The notes under the pieces were generated by a model. The model ran no database searches, was not told the origin of the DNA, and saw only the letters and a program-made list of their open reading frames with translations. A program made the position numbers and the translations under genes. Shown here in pieces: positions 41,081 through 54,035 of a DNA stretch of 64,000 nucleotides (its first letter is position 1; each line of letters starts with the position of its first letter). Origin of the DNA: Marsupella aquatica (taxonomy: Eukaryota > Plantae > Marchantiophyta); NCBI GenBank assembly GCA_973895155.1, contig OZ316895.1:3211659-3275658 (forward strand), written 5' to 3'.

Positions 41081-41665
41081 ATTTGTGCGCGAAAGCTATG
41101 GCAAAAAGCCATCATGTGGAACTATGCAGCTTTGAGATGCCGAACTAAACCATCATGTGTAACTATGTAGCTTTGAGACGCCCTAGTAGTGCCTATTAGT
41201 GTGCGGAATGGATGTAGCTGATATTTTTGAATCTGACCGGTTTTACTCCTGGTCTTACTGGATTTTATTTACTTTTTACATGAGTAGTATAGTGCAAGTG
41301 CTCCTTTCTTGGAAAAACAAATATGTATCTAGCTCTACTCGTGGTTTTATTGGGTTTTACTTTTCACATGAGTATTAAAGTGGAAGTGCTCCTGTCAGGG
41401 AAAAACAAAGATTGATCTAGCTGTAAATCCCGAGAAGGGAATGATGTCCAGCTGCACAGGTAAAGTGAAACCTTGTAAAGGCAACGCCACCCTCATCCGG
41501 CCCCATAACAAGAGAGCGCTTGTTTCAACACAGGGGAGCAGAGTTTTTTTAAGAGGCCAAAATTAGCCAAATTCCACGTCCCCAAAAAGCTTTCACCATT
41601 TTTGGCAAAAAATTGTTAATATTTTTCTGTCTCATTAGGCAGTATTCCACCTAATTACAGGGCTC

Positions 41666-42145
41666 ATTAGCCAGAATCTAAAGGTCATCTTTAAATCTAG
41701 TAAGATCTGACAGTCACGAAAATAATCTAATACATAATATTTTGAGCATCTTCTGCGTCACACACTGGACATTGGCCACTCTGGCAAGAAAGTAAAAACC
41801 TTAAAAATAAACCTTAACAAAAACCTAAAAAAATACACAGTAGGGGAGGATATCACCTGAAATGAAGTCAATGTGGGAAAGCAAAGCCACGGAGACTCTT
41901 CGCATTGAAGGAGGGCCCATTAGTTAGAATCTAATGGTCATCCTTAAATCTACGTAAATCTGACCAATAGTCAAATAAATAATATTTTGAGCATCTTCTC
42001 CTTCACACACTAAACATTGGCCACTCTGGCTAAAAAGTAAAAACCTTAAGAAGAAACCTTAAAAAATACACTGCAAGGGAAGATATCACCTGCCATGAAG
42101 CCCAATGTGGGAAAGCAACCACGGAGACTCTTTGCCTTGCAGCGT
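41666..42145. repeat. Tandem duplication of a ~230-250-bp unit
   Basis: cattag..agaatctaa.ggtcatc.ttaaatcta...gagcatcttct...acattggccactctggc...gatatcacctg..atgaag.caatgtgggaaagcaa..cacggagactct at ~41666 and ~41918. Confidence 0.85.
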
Positions 42146-43599
42146 GGATTCCGGATTCCGGAGGCTGAAACCGTGAACGTGCTGTACTGCGAATTGTGAG
42201 CGTTTCCCAGCTTTACATCTAGATTCTGCGCTGGGATCCAATTCAAGCACTAGTTCCATGAGAGTACGGCGATGGATCCCGATTTGTCGCGGTCGCTGTC
42301 TCCTGATGGCTAGTCCCAACGGCCGAGAAATCTGGGAGGGATCCGAGAGAAGAGCGTACTGGGTGAAGATTGTAACTTTCAGGACGAGGTTGGCATCTGC
42401 ACAGCTCTTCGACCTCGAAAACGCGCCAACTGGATTTCAGTTTGAGTCCTTCTTAAAAAATGTGACGGTAATTAGCCCGACGGACTGATCCCAGACGTGC
42501 GAACCAACATGTTTTGTTGGAGAAGACGTACTTGTTGCCTGGATACTTTAAGTTTCGTTAAGTTTTTCTTCAAGCGCTCCTTTTCTGGTTACGATTATAC
42601 GAACCTACTGCTGCCCGGACATTCTGTTGCGAAGCGATGAACCTCGTGTGATGTTGGTTGCGAAGGACGAGGTCGGCCATTCTCTGGGTCTGCTTGTTCC
42701 CCTCTCACGAAAGGTGATCTGGAACCGTGAAAGGTGTTGCTGCTCTAATTGTCTTGGGAATCCCATGGAAAGAATGGAAACAATTCTACTTGGGTGAGGC
42801 CTAGAACTTCGCGCTCTGAGTCTGCTTGTAGTCAGCTGTCACGAAAGCTCATCTCCAGCCCTAACAAGTGTTGCGCCCCTAATTGTCTTAGGAAGCACCT
42901 CATCGAAAGAATGAAAATAATTCTACTTGGTGTGGCCGACAACGTCTCCCTCTGTTACGTTCGTACGGTTCATCGGATGGGATGAAATGTTCAAGAAGCC
43001 CGTCTTTCTTTTCTCGTCTTGCAGCCGTTTCGTCGTCCTTTGCTGGCGTTGTCTCTGCCTTGCTCGTCGTGGCTCGTGCTGTCTCTGTCTCGCTCGTTTG
43101 TGCTATTATTGAAGACTGTAGTGGAGTGGAGTGCTGAGGATCGGCTCAGACCGCAGTTGTCGAGGCTAATAAACAGAAATTGAGTAAGGGGCCAGGTAGC
43201 AGTTCTCCAATTGCGACAACTAGGGGAGAAATCAGGTCTGGAGTGCAGGGATAGTCGGTTGTTGTTGTTTCCGTGGAGTCCTGTTTACGATCAGAGGACC
43301 GCACCTTAAACCATTGAAAGCATAGAAAGAGAAACCCCTGTCCGCAGAGCCTAGCTATGTTTCATGTGATATGAACTTTGGATAGGAGAAATTGATCAGC
43401 ATGGTGATGATGCAAACTCGAAGAGAGGAATGGAAATCCGGGGTTGGGCTTCACAGCCGTTTTGTTTATAGAAGGGATATGTTAAATAAGCTCTAGGAGA
43501 AGGGAGACGATGGCCACAATGAGGACGAGTACTATGTCTGGAATCCGATAGGAGAAAGGAAGTAAGAAATTTCCAGAGTAGGGCAAGCCGTGGGGCGTT

Positions 43600-44723
43600 G
43601 CAGCGATGTAGCTGGAGGTGAGCAATGGTTTGTGTAGAGAAGTTTTACGTTCTCAAGATATACAAAGGGAAACAATGCTGGAAGATAGTCAGAAGGTCCA
43701 ATCGATGTCGATGAACCTAGAAACGAGGGGACGATAAACGAAGTTAGGACACATCGAAAGTTAATCGTCATCTCTCAGAGTGCAAAATCCAAAATCCAGA
43801 AACGCAGCCATGAATTCTGAGCGTCAAAGCTAACGTCACGGCTCATTTTGATTCAAGCAAATCAAGTGTGAAAAGGGAGAATTTAATGCAAAGTCACTCG
43901 AGACGTATTTCGTCTAGCGCAATTTGCCGTATACTCGTGGTTTTATGCAGTGTATGTCCAAACACACAACCTGTGAGAGTGTCACGTTCACTACCCGTTC
44001 AATTGGCATCGTTCTGTGTGTGACGGCAACCTACTGCACAATTGTTCTGCAATCTTCCAAAAAGAGGAAGTGATCTCAATCAAGACATTATTATGCACGC
44101 GGTCAAAACCTGGATTCTCCGTCTCATTTTCGCCAACATGTCTGAGTACTACTCGGAAAGAATGAGCTGTTTAGAGGGGTATACTAAAAAACTGAAAAAG
44201 TCAGGCAATGATTTCAGAGGTTTGGATTTTGAGTAACATCAAGACTCTCGAACTCATGGATGCTACATGAATCGTATCTGATTGGAGAGTCTTTTTGGGG
44301 TGTCGTTTCCGAAGTACAAAATGAACGTCGCACGTCAAGTGACCATCGCACTCAAAAACGGAAAAACCGGTGAATTGCGCCAAAATGATATTAAATACGT
44401 AGCATACGACGATATGGTCGGCGAGACGAGAAGATTCAATTTCGGCTCTCTTCCTCATTGTGGCGGATCTCCGTAATGCACTCGTGCGAGAACTCTGCGA
44501 CGACAGCGTTACTGAAAATACTGGAAATTTTAGTACAGTTTGGTGCGACTGGGTCCCGCACGTCACGAGAAAGATGACGCGGAGTCGCGGGGAAGAAAAC
44601 GGGTCACACGTTTGCCAGTTACGACCCGTCTTCTCTGAAGTCCACAAATTGCCAAACTATGGCAAAGACTACCATGAGAAGTGGAAATTGCTTCACATCG
44701 CAGGATGTGTAGTGACATGGTGA
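43600..44723 (+). pseudogene. Possible decayed protein-coding sequence of unknown family
   Basis: ORFs 44042-44236 and 44282-44476 share a frame across two stops and continue by frameshift into 44460-44723; protein-like composition; family not identified. Confidence 0.3.
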
Positions 44724-45569
44724 AAATGAACTATGGCACGGTACTGAGAGATGCCAAAGTCACCATCAACTTCATCAACACCGAGAAAACTTCAGGCATT
44801 CATTTGCCCCAAGCGTTAAATCCTAATTGTTCAAGAAACTATAATCGGTTGGACAAAACACGCCGTCACAAACCATTCAAGCAGATGCAAATTCTCGAAC
44901 GTAGGTGCTCCTAGAAGTAAATCGCCCTTAATGTCCTCACTTTGGCTCCATTTTGCAGGAACCTAACAATCCCGAAGATATCTCTCACACAGGAAAATAG
45001 AGACCAGCAAAGCTTGCAAAGGCATTGTGCAACATAATATCTCTGAAGAATCCAATTTTGCCAGTCCCTCTGTATGGACTTTCACACTCGACTTTTTGAA
45101 AATACTTATCGTTTGCCCCGTTCGTCCCTGCGATAGACACAAAAGCTGATGATGAGCCTATTGCATTGGCCATAGAAAGAAGAGTATCAGAAGACGAAGG
45201 TTCAAGTCTTCAGACTGCTGATCTCTCCCTTATTGAGACACTACAGAGTTTACTTGGAAAAAGTACTTGAGTAGAGTAACATCAATGATCACGTCGAAAG
45301 ATTGCACTGTTCCATTAGGCAACGGTGTGGCTCTCAATTTCAGATACAATCGTTCAAATTTTCCCATCACAACAAGAAATAATAAATGCGTGCTTGAAAT
45401 GTTGCAAACACGGTAAAGCCCGTAAGATATGACCACGATACAAGGATGGAGTTAACCTAACTCCAACTCGTAGGTCTCGATATTCTGGTGGATCACAGAG
45501 AACGTTCTAAAGAATTACTGGCTACCATCATCAAGGGATATCGAGAACTCTTGCTGAGCGAGAAAATTC

Positions 45570-47068
45570 TCACTTCGAAGGCACGCTGACGAGACCATTC
45601 ACGACAGTCGAGGCCACGAGAACAGCCACAAGCTCAGCTCCAACAACGCCCCCTGCTTGCAGAACTGGCGAGACAGTAGCTTCAGCCTCGATATCACTGA
45701 CAACCTCCTTCACCGAGGCTGACACACTTTCCAGTTCTTTTTCTCCTTGCTTTGCGAGTTCTTTCACCTCCTTCTCAACTGCTTTCTCAGCTCCTTCTAC
45801 AGCTTTCTCGGCTTTTTCCAGTTGCTTTCGTAATCCAAAGAGAGGAATATCTTTCGCCTGTGCCTTTTCTGCAGATAATAGAAGGACAGACAAAGTTGCC
45901 AGGGAGAAGACCTCCCTACGAGACGCACACCTAACTTCTCCACTTACATCATTCTCCTGGGCGCATTTGACAACCAACGTCTGCAATTGCAAGTCTCCGA
46001 TATTAGCTGCTTACTCCAAGCCTTGCGTGGAGAGCATCACATGAGATTTCCCAACTAACTGACAGTCGTCTCGAAGTAATGAGGTCATCAGAAGGTACAA
46101 CATAAATGTAACACAAACACTCCGTGTGCCACTACACAGAAGGAGAGCACCAACCATCCACCAGAATTCCCTCTACTAAATTCGCTTACTACATAGCATT
46201 GCAAATTTGAGGCATTCAAGTCGACATGAAGAACATAGAATTCACTACGATGACAGAAGAAGAGTGCCAAAAGTCCTGACGCAGATATCTCCCAACATCT
46301 ATAGCGACATTCTAAATTTACAGAGATCTGTTTCAATTCCCAGATTCGTTACAGGTTTTTGCAAGAAAGATCAAAAGAAGGGTGTAATTCTGTTGCTGAC
46401 GCAATTGTTCTAAGGCTAATAGATTTGTTCAGCGTCCTAATTAGGGGCAACGGGCTCTAAAATCCTGTACGAGAGTGGGAACGAGACAAAATCTTCACTT
46501 CAAAAGGTGGTACGTTTTGCAGCTTCTACGTAGGTGGAAACGAGAGTCTCGTATGTATATCTTACGAGGCATGTCCGTTCATTGTCTTAAGCCCGCATAT
46601 GAAGTGGCGATCGTGACACCGGAGCTCCGCGTAAGTGCATATAACTCGAAACTCGAAAGCATGAAACTGTGCGCGCACGGAGAAGGCAGAACTAATCCAA
46701 TTTGCAGCGAACCAGACTAGCAGCGAGCAACAACAATAGCAGCCTTATTACAAACACAAAGAATTGGATTCACTCTCGAGCATGAAAGGCACAGCCTCAC
46801 GCTGCTGTAGCCCCAGCCCCAGCCACCGCGCAGAACTTCTACAATGCCGAGAACGGAGAAAGAAGAATAACAGAAGCAAAGCAAATTACATACAACACCA
46901 GAATTCAATTGGCTTAGAGCACGAAAGAAAGCGACATACTCCAGCTGTCGCGGCTCCCGCTGCGCCTCGTCTACCTTGAGACACGGTCGAAATGCATCTC
47001 GTCGAGGAAGAAGCTAGGACAGCGGCCGAGGACGACACGGCAACCGAAAATGCGCAAGCCATCGCCAT
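45570..47068 (-). CDS. Thylakoid protein with bipartite Tat signal, resembling the Arabidopsis protein annotated as YCF37 homolog; 2 exons, ~179 aa
   Basis: Exons 47068-46940 (GTATGT donor) and 45980-45570 (TTGCAG acceptor). Ser/Ala-rich transit peptide, twin-Arg SRRE plus hydrophobic stretch and AQA site, mature DIPLFGLRK, coiled coil, C-terminal QAGGVVGAELVAVLVASTVVNG. Confidence 0.8.
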
Positions 47069-47192
47069 AGCTCGCTATCTCGTTGTTCGTCTTTCTGCTT
47101 CTTCTGCTTCTTCGTCTTCGTGTCTCTGCTGTTCACCACAGCGAACAAACGAGGCACAAGCGTACAATTTCTCGTGGCGCGGGCAGTGCTCC

Positions 47193-47450
47193 ATTCTCAC
47201 CCGCGGCCCTCCTGTACCGCGGCCAACGTGGGCCGTAGATCGGATCCTCTATGCGATCTCTCAGACTGGTTCCTCTTCCGCGGCCAACGTGGGCCGTGGA
47301 TTGGATCCCCCGTGCTCCATTCTCAGTTTCTCACCCGCGGCCCTCCTCTTCCGCGGAAAATGTGGGCCGTAGATCGGATCCTCTCTGCGATCTTTCAGAC
47401 AGGTTCCTCTTCCGCGGCCAACGTGGGCCGTGGATCGGATCCCCCGTGCG
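47193..47450. repeat. GC-rich hierarchical tandem repeat (2 x ~135 bp, each with 2 sub-units)
   Basis: ccgcggccaacgtgggccgt(a/g)gat(c/t)ggatcc occurs 4 times (one copy slightly diverged). Confidence 0.9.
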
Positions 47451-47617
47451 ATCTCAACTTCGGTCTCAGAGTGGCCGAACCGATACTCCGGGATGGGATG
47501 GGATGCTATCTGCCAATTCTTTTCCGCAATATAAGGGAAAATATTGAGTTGTCTGGACGGGGCTCCCTCAAATGCAATTTGAATAAGAAGGTTTTGAAGA
47601 AAATTCCTTTCAAATAG

Positions 47618-47660
47618 GACGGTTTGGCCGAGTGGTCTAAGGCGCTGGATTTAGGCTCCA

Positions 47661-47692
<32 letters not shown>

Positions 47693-47697
47693 CGTCA
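47618..47697 (+). tRNA. trnL-UAG: tRNA-Leu, anticodon TAG
   Basis: Acceptor GACGGTT/AGCCGTC+A; A-box TGGCCGAGTGG; anticodon arm CTGGA-TTTAGGC-TCCAG; long variable arm; B-box GGTTCAAATCC; T5 terminator at 47702. Confidence 0.97.
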
Positions 47698-48863
47698 ATA
47701 GTTTTTCATGCACTTGGGTGGTTGCATTTTGTAGGTTTGGCGATATACAAGATTTTAGACAAGAGAGTGAGAAAGAGAGTGATTTCAATTCTCACAGCAG
47801 TCAGAGATTTTGGTTGGCTAGTCGGATTTTGTAGGTTTGGCAGTGTATAAGAGAGAGAGAAAAACGAGTGCGCGTGATGTGGATATAGTCAGCAGAAAGA
47901 TTTGGAGAGAGATCAGGTAACGTTTATGGCTGGTAAGACTTGCTCTTGCCCTCATCCTTTTATGTTGCAGCCTTGGAATGAGAGACCTTCCCTGCTTGAT
48001 ATTCTGTAGATTCGGAATCTTTAACAAATATGGCTAGGGAAGAGTTTGGTCTTGCCCCATCCTTTTTAATTGTAGCCTTGGAATATTCCTTTGGTTACTT
48101 ATTAACTTGATTCTTTCCACCTCTACCCGCACCCCCCCCCTACCTAAGAGAATGGTTTAGGATCTCTGTTAATATAGGTGTCCTAACGACCTTCCTCTGG
48201 TCAAATCACACTTTTATTCTTGACAAATAAGTTCATGACGAAAATCTCACCGTGTAGATGTACACAAGATGATTTGAATGACCAGAGGTGCACTTGGATT
48301 GAGATGTGAGACTTATTTGGCTTCAGACCTGCTATTCACCAAGAACAGCAACGCAAAAATGGCTATGCAAAGAAGTCAATTGCAAAGAGCTAACACGAGC
48401 CAGTGTCTTAGAAACAGAGGGATCTAAACAGGGGAGTTCAATGTAAGACTTCACCACCCAGGTTGTCAAAGAGTCTTTGGCGCTCTGCTTCGTCTTATCT
48501 TCATCTGGGAGATGGTATTTTCTATTAACTTCCGTAGACCGCATTATATAGTTATGTATGATCTGCGAAATATACTCTTTCTGTATCATCCTCCCCAGAT
48601 GCTCAGATCAGATTTGAAAGCCAAGAGAATGCCCTGCATAGGATGAGTACGTGAAGAACGGACATCTAATGTAAAATAGCCTCTTCTCCTTCTATGAACA
48701 GAATAAAACAATTGATGCTTTATTGATCAGAGAACTTTCTTGACATTCAAATTGGATAATATTACAAGACAAGATCAGGTGGTGCAGACGAAGGACTACA
48801 AGGACTTTAAAAAGCAACAAGCTACTTCCATCCAAGGTCGCGCTACAGACATGCACTTCCATC

Positions 48864-51800
48864 TTATCGGGATGCAGACTTTTGAGAAGGAGGCCTCTCC
48901 AGAGCTGCCCAGCCAAACCTTCCTTTCCGAAAGTCACGGAGCACACGCAATGCTGCCTGATTAACATCTCCTTGGAACATAAGTTGTCCAAGCTCTTCCA
49001 AGAACCTAAAGATTCGAAAGTAAGAGAACAAGACTATGAGTTGTGCAGAAGTAAAATGCTTTAATCAATACATCAACCAATATACTTAGGGACTGGTTCT
49101 CAAATCCATCGGCGTAACAACGAAACACAGAAATACAAGGTCACAAAAGATTGTACTAACAAATTTTAATCCCCGCCAAAGACACTGTTCCACAATTTAA
49201 AACTTAATTGTCCAACTGATGACGGGAGTGGTAATACGCGATCCTTGACTTTAAAATATCATTCCTAGTTACTTCTCGAACGATGAGCGACCATCCAACA
49301 AGACAATAAAAGTTCAGGCACTTACTCTTCTCCCGAGAGGGCCTTAGCAGAAATCTTGTATCTATTAGTTAGCACCTGGGGCCCTGCACAGACATTAAAA
49401 TTGAAACGAGTATTATTAAATTGGCTGACATAGACTAATCACCCTGAGAGTAGATCCACATTTAACCTAGTGCTCAGGTGCAAACCAGGAAAAACAATAC
49501 ACTACAAACTATGCAACAGCAGTGATATACAGCTTTTACAAATTTTGTAACAGCAGGATAGAATGACTAGCAGTCAATGAAGCTATATCATACACCCTAG
49601 AAAGTTCCTGGTTTTTCATTTAGTACCAAAATGCTCATCGTCTATCTTGCAACATACCTAGTGTAGGTATTCGCTTTAACATCTCAACCAGCACAGAGGC
49701 CACTCCGGCAACTGCATACGAAGCCTCCCCAATGTCGTTGCAGATCGCAAGCCTTGTTGCGGCTGCTTGATCTTGAATTCGCATGGGTAACACTCCTGGT
49801 GCATCCATGAGATCCAGTCCGTCTGCAATTCGTGTCCACCTTTGCCAGAGCCAACCATTCAGGTCATCATCCTTCACAAACTGGCAATCTTTACATGGTA
49901 CGATCACAAAGCTGAATGACTTGCGTAAGAGAGAGATAAACTGATGAGAAAAGAATAACGAAAAGCATACCTCAAATCACGAGTAACACCCGGTCGTGGG
50001 GCTGTGTCGCAAACACTCTGCTTCAGAAGTCGATTGATAACAGACGATTTACCAACATTCGGGTAACCTACCACCGCAGCTCTAACCTGCACTCAGGAAC
50101 ATAAGATTGGCGACGTACATTCGAAACACACTGCCAACAGCAGAGGAAGGCACAGGTCACAATCACAATTTCTCAAGGAGACAGGTGGGCATTCTGTACT
50201 ACACATCCAGAATTGACAGTAATGATTTGAATGAGGACTTACCGAACGAGGGAGAAGCCCCTTAGCTCTTCGTTTAGCATTGATAGCCCCAGCGACAGAT
50301 TTAGCTGCCCGCTCAAGCTTCATTACGCCCTATAAAAGATCAAGGCATTTGTCAGTCGGCCATGCCCTACGCAGCTTAATGATATTCACCACGCAACGTA
50401 AACAGATCACTCAATTCCCCGGAAGCAAATAGCCAGTTAAAAACCAAATAGAAGCTCTACGTTGCTTGTTAGCACTTGGCAATAGCCCAACCAGGACCAA
50501 AACCCTGAAGCTAGATAGGTCTGTCTGATTTATCTGTTCCTTTCTAAGAACATACTTTCAGCTTACAATAGGAATACCCGAAAATCTCTTACTATACGAG
50601 TAATCACACACTCCTAATGACCTAAGAGCAGGTGTTCCATACCGACCCACGCAGACCATCTGTGAGGATAGTAGTCAAACCCTGGCTTGTGTAATAGCCC
50701 GCCCATGCATTTTTGTCTGCAGTAGTGACCATGTCCTCGCGATTCAGAACTAATATCTTCTTCTTGTCTCCAATCCATTGCTCAAGCTGTCGACAACATC
50801 AAAGACATGCTCGTCACGAAGCATAGGGAACGACTTGTTACATCCTTACTGGTGATCCGCAACTGTTCTCGTAAATCTTTCACTTTCAGAAGGTAAGCAG
50901 AAACAGCCGTCCAGATCGGAAAAATACAGCTGTTCACTTTACTAAGGGGAAGTATAAAAGTTGACCCATCAAACTGTTCAAATTGATTATGATGCAGCGG
51001 TACAATTTGACTTATTGTTGGATTGGAGACATTTTCTTTTCAACTCTCCACGAGCGAAGCTGAAGCGATAAGACGAAATGGATCCGGCCTTGACTAATGT
51101 ACCCTACAGCAATCCTCCACAATCTAGTGCGGAAGCCAACCTCTGGATGCGCCGTGGCCAATGGTATCCGACAATCACGAATTTCGACCACCACATCGAC
51201 GAGTTGCAACTGCTCCTTCAACTTTTTCTCTGCTTTGGCAATATGACCTGGATACCACTGCCGAAAGGAGCTACGGTGTCAATCACTGGTAAGAAAGCAT
51301 ACTCTCACTACATAGATTACAGCATCAGCAGTAAAGGGCTTGTATGCAAAATCTGTGACTGTGACAATTAGTGTCTGTCCTCCATACAATTGAGGATTGT
51401 TGGTGCTCGACCACAAGGCATCATCCCATGGCTAAGTACACGGTATTTCCGAATACAGTCCCAATTTTTTTATGCCCACCGACGCTGCTTAGAAAACTCT
51501 GCTTTAGCCCCTTACAAATGGATAGCAAGCCCCCGTCAGAAGAAATTGCAAGGGACTAGGAAATCGTTTGTTCTCCATACCTGGACTAGTCTGGCGGACC
51601 TTGTGAGGTAAGCGACATCTGATTCCAACTCTGTCCACTCCTCCACTGCGCGTTCTGACGTTAGCGCTGCTACTGCGCGTCCAGCAGCTGGAAGAGACGA
51701 GGACCCAGGACATGGAAACGAGGAGTCCGCTGCATCAAAAACACCAGTAGAGGTCAACAATAAAACCTGAGGATATCGAAATAAAAAAGAAGGAGATAGC

Positions 51801-52093
51801 TCTTTTCTGCAAAATTTAGGTGTTGCATTATGATTAAACAGGTCCCGGAATCCATCCATAACAAAAACTGCAACCTACTAACCTCTTTTTCTTCTCGAAG
51901 GTTGGTGCTGAATCCATTCCACAAATTCGGTGCTGCATAGGGAAGACGAAGTCCTGCAGCACCTGAAAGAGGTAGAGACGAAAGATGGAAGATTGCGCGC
52001 CCCATGCTGGCGACCAACACCCGAATCATAGCTTGTACAAGGAGCATACGCCGAGGGTATAGTGCGCAGCACCATCGCTGGCTGGCTTGCCAT
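48864..52093 (-). CDS. RbgA: Organellar (probably plastid) RbgA/YlqF circularly permuted GTPase, DAR GTPase 3-like; 9 exons, ~401 aa
   Basis: Exons 52093-51883, 51729-51581, 51257-51141, 50786-50643, 50329-50243, 50086-49971, 49839-49658, 49383-49326, 49005-48864 (1206 nt). Motifs [56 protein letters not shown]-terminus ambiguous (see findings). Confidence 0.93.
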
Positions 52094-53544
52094 CGGCGGC
52101 CCAACCTGCAGGGCCGAACGTCACGTTTGAGTTTATGAGTCGGTAGTTTGGGGGAGTCCGTGTAGACTCGCGACGACTCCGGACTCTGTTTCTGCTGAAA
52201 CGTCCAAGAAACATGAACGAAAAAACGAAGACAAGAAGAAACTTGCGCTCTCTGTTGAAATGACCGAGAATCATGAACGCAAAAATGAAAGCAGGATGAG
52301 ACTTGGGCTCGGCCTCTTGTGCTGGAAGCCAAAGTCATGTACTGCAATTTTGAAAAACTCTTGAAGAACTGAACAGACTGAGCGAGGTTTCAAAGACAGA
52401 CCATTCTCAATTTCAGCTCAGCTGACAGGACTAACATAGGTCTGACCTTCATCTCGAATTGCTCATTTCCCTCAACGCAAGGAGCATAGTGTCATAGAAC
52501 AAAAGAAATCTTAAAAACCTGTTTGAAGATTTCATGGTCATCTAAAGCGTGATTGCCATGATCCTTCTTGGTTAAACTCATAGGTGTAGTTGGACTTACG
52601 AGATCGACATTTAATTTTCTAAAGTGGTGATCAATTGTCCCCCGGGATCCCCAGGATGAAACTACTCAGGCCACCTTAAATCTCTTCTGGATACAACAAT
52701 CCATGCTAATTGAATTTTCTAAAATGGTAGCCTCGATGAACTCTCTGAATGATCACGCAGCTTGAATCTAGCATCAATGTGGTCCAGCAGCTTCACATGG
52801 ATTCCACTTCCGAGCAAACCACAAAGCAAGACTCAATTCCAAGATGCCAGGACGCCAAGACTCACATTCAAAGAGCAAAACATTATGAGCTGCATGATGA
52901 GGAAGACAGTACTCCACAGGCAAACGAAGATAACATTTCTCGAATGCCCAACAACCTCAACGTCGTTCTCCCGGCGTCCCGCAGTAAACAAAAATTTCGG
53001 GAAAACCTTCAGCCAAAACCCTGAGAAGAATGACGCCTGGATGGACAAGGGATGCGCGTTGAGTTCCACCAGCTCAAAATTTGGGGGAGAAGCAAGCAAG
53101 ATCGAGCCTAATAATGTCCCACTTTCTACACATCTCAAAGGCATTCGCTTCCCTTGTTCACGGGCAAAATACTGGACTGGGATGGGCAGACGAGCACATA
53201 GCTGGCCATGGTCGGGCGATTGGGCCCAAGTCGCCCACAAAACCAAAGGCATCCCAAATCGCAGCTTCGATCCATAGAGCCCCACTGTGCATAAGTGCAA
53301 GGCCTTGGGAAGAGGGCTATGCCGTGCAGTTATACGCGGTTTTGTACTACACAATAAGTGCAACCCAATGTTGCATTTATAGATCAAATGCATTTTATAA
53401 GTGCAAGTGCGAAACACTTTGCACTTGCAGATACAGATAGTTTGCTATATGAAATATAGAGAACTGCAAGGGAACATAAACGCCGTACCTGAGACATGAT
53501 ACCAGAGGGAGCTGCAAAGGAACATAAGGGCCTTACCCTGAGAC

Positions 53545-54035
53545 ATGATCCCACATTCCAAAAACCCAATAAAGAGGGAAAAAAGGAAAACACCCAAAAA
53601 CCCAAGAGCTAGAGACAAAAAGCCCACTAGCCTAAACCCAAGAGCCAAAAAGACAAAAAGCCCACTAGCAAATGAACAAAAACCCTACTGAGCTCCCAAT
53701 TGAATTGCGTAGCAGAGCTATAGGGTGGAGGGTAGCAAAAAGAGATTTGACTAGATGTGATAAAACCAACCGCCTCAGCTCAACAAAGGATAGTGAAAGT
53801 CTGTGCCCCTGTACAGCAATGGACACCTGTTGCCAAAAGAAGCCAGCAAGAACTGAAATAGGGAGATAAGGCTGCCACTATAAAAAAGACCGCACAGTTT
53901 TGAAAGAACCAATCAACAATAGGGTGTAGGGAGCCAGAAGGCCTCCAAACCAAGCAGGTAGAAACGATCACACGTGTGATGTGGAGCATAAGCCTCTTCC
54001 TTTCAGCCCTTCCTCGGCTGCATCATGGCCTTGTT
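53545..54035 (-). mobile_element. Second 3' fragment of the CRE-like non-LTR family
   Basis: Minus strand GHDAA...EEAYAPHHTCDRFYLLGLEAF...AQTFTILC parallels GHAAA...EEAYAVYYLGDLFYPFALEVF...SQAFTVLC of the 17.5-kb copy; DNA match aaaaccaac..cctcagc.c.acaaagga..gtgaaag. Confidence 0.7.

Noticed and set aside
52749-53440. Overlapping 171-aa and 194-aa ORFs upstream of RbgA
   Set aside because: Non-ATG starts and no recognisable domain; cannot support a gene call without a search.
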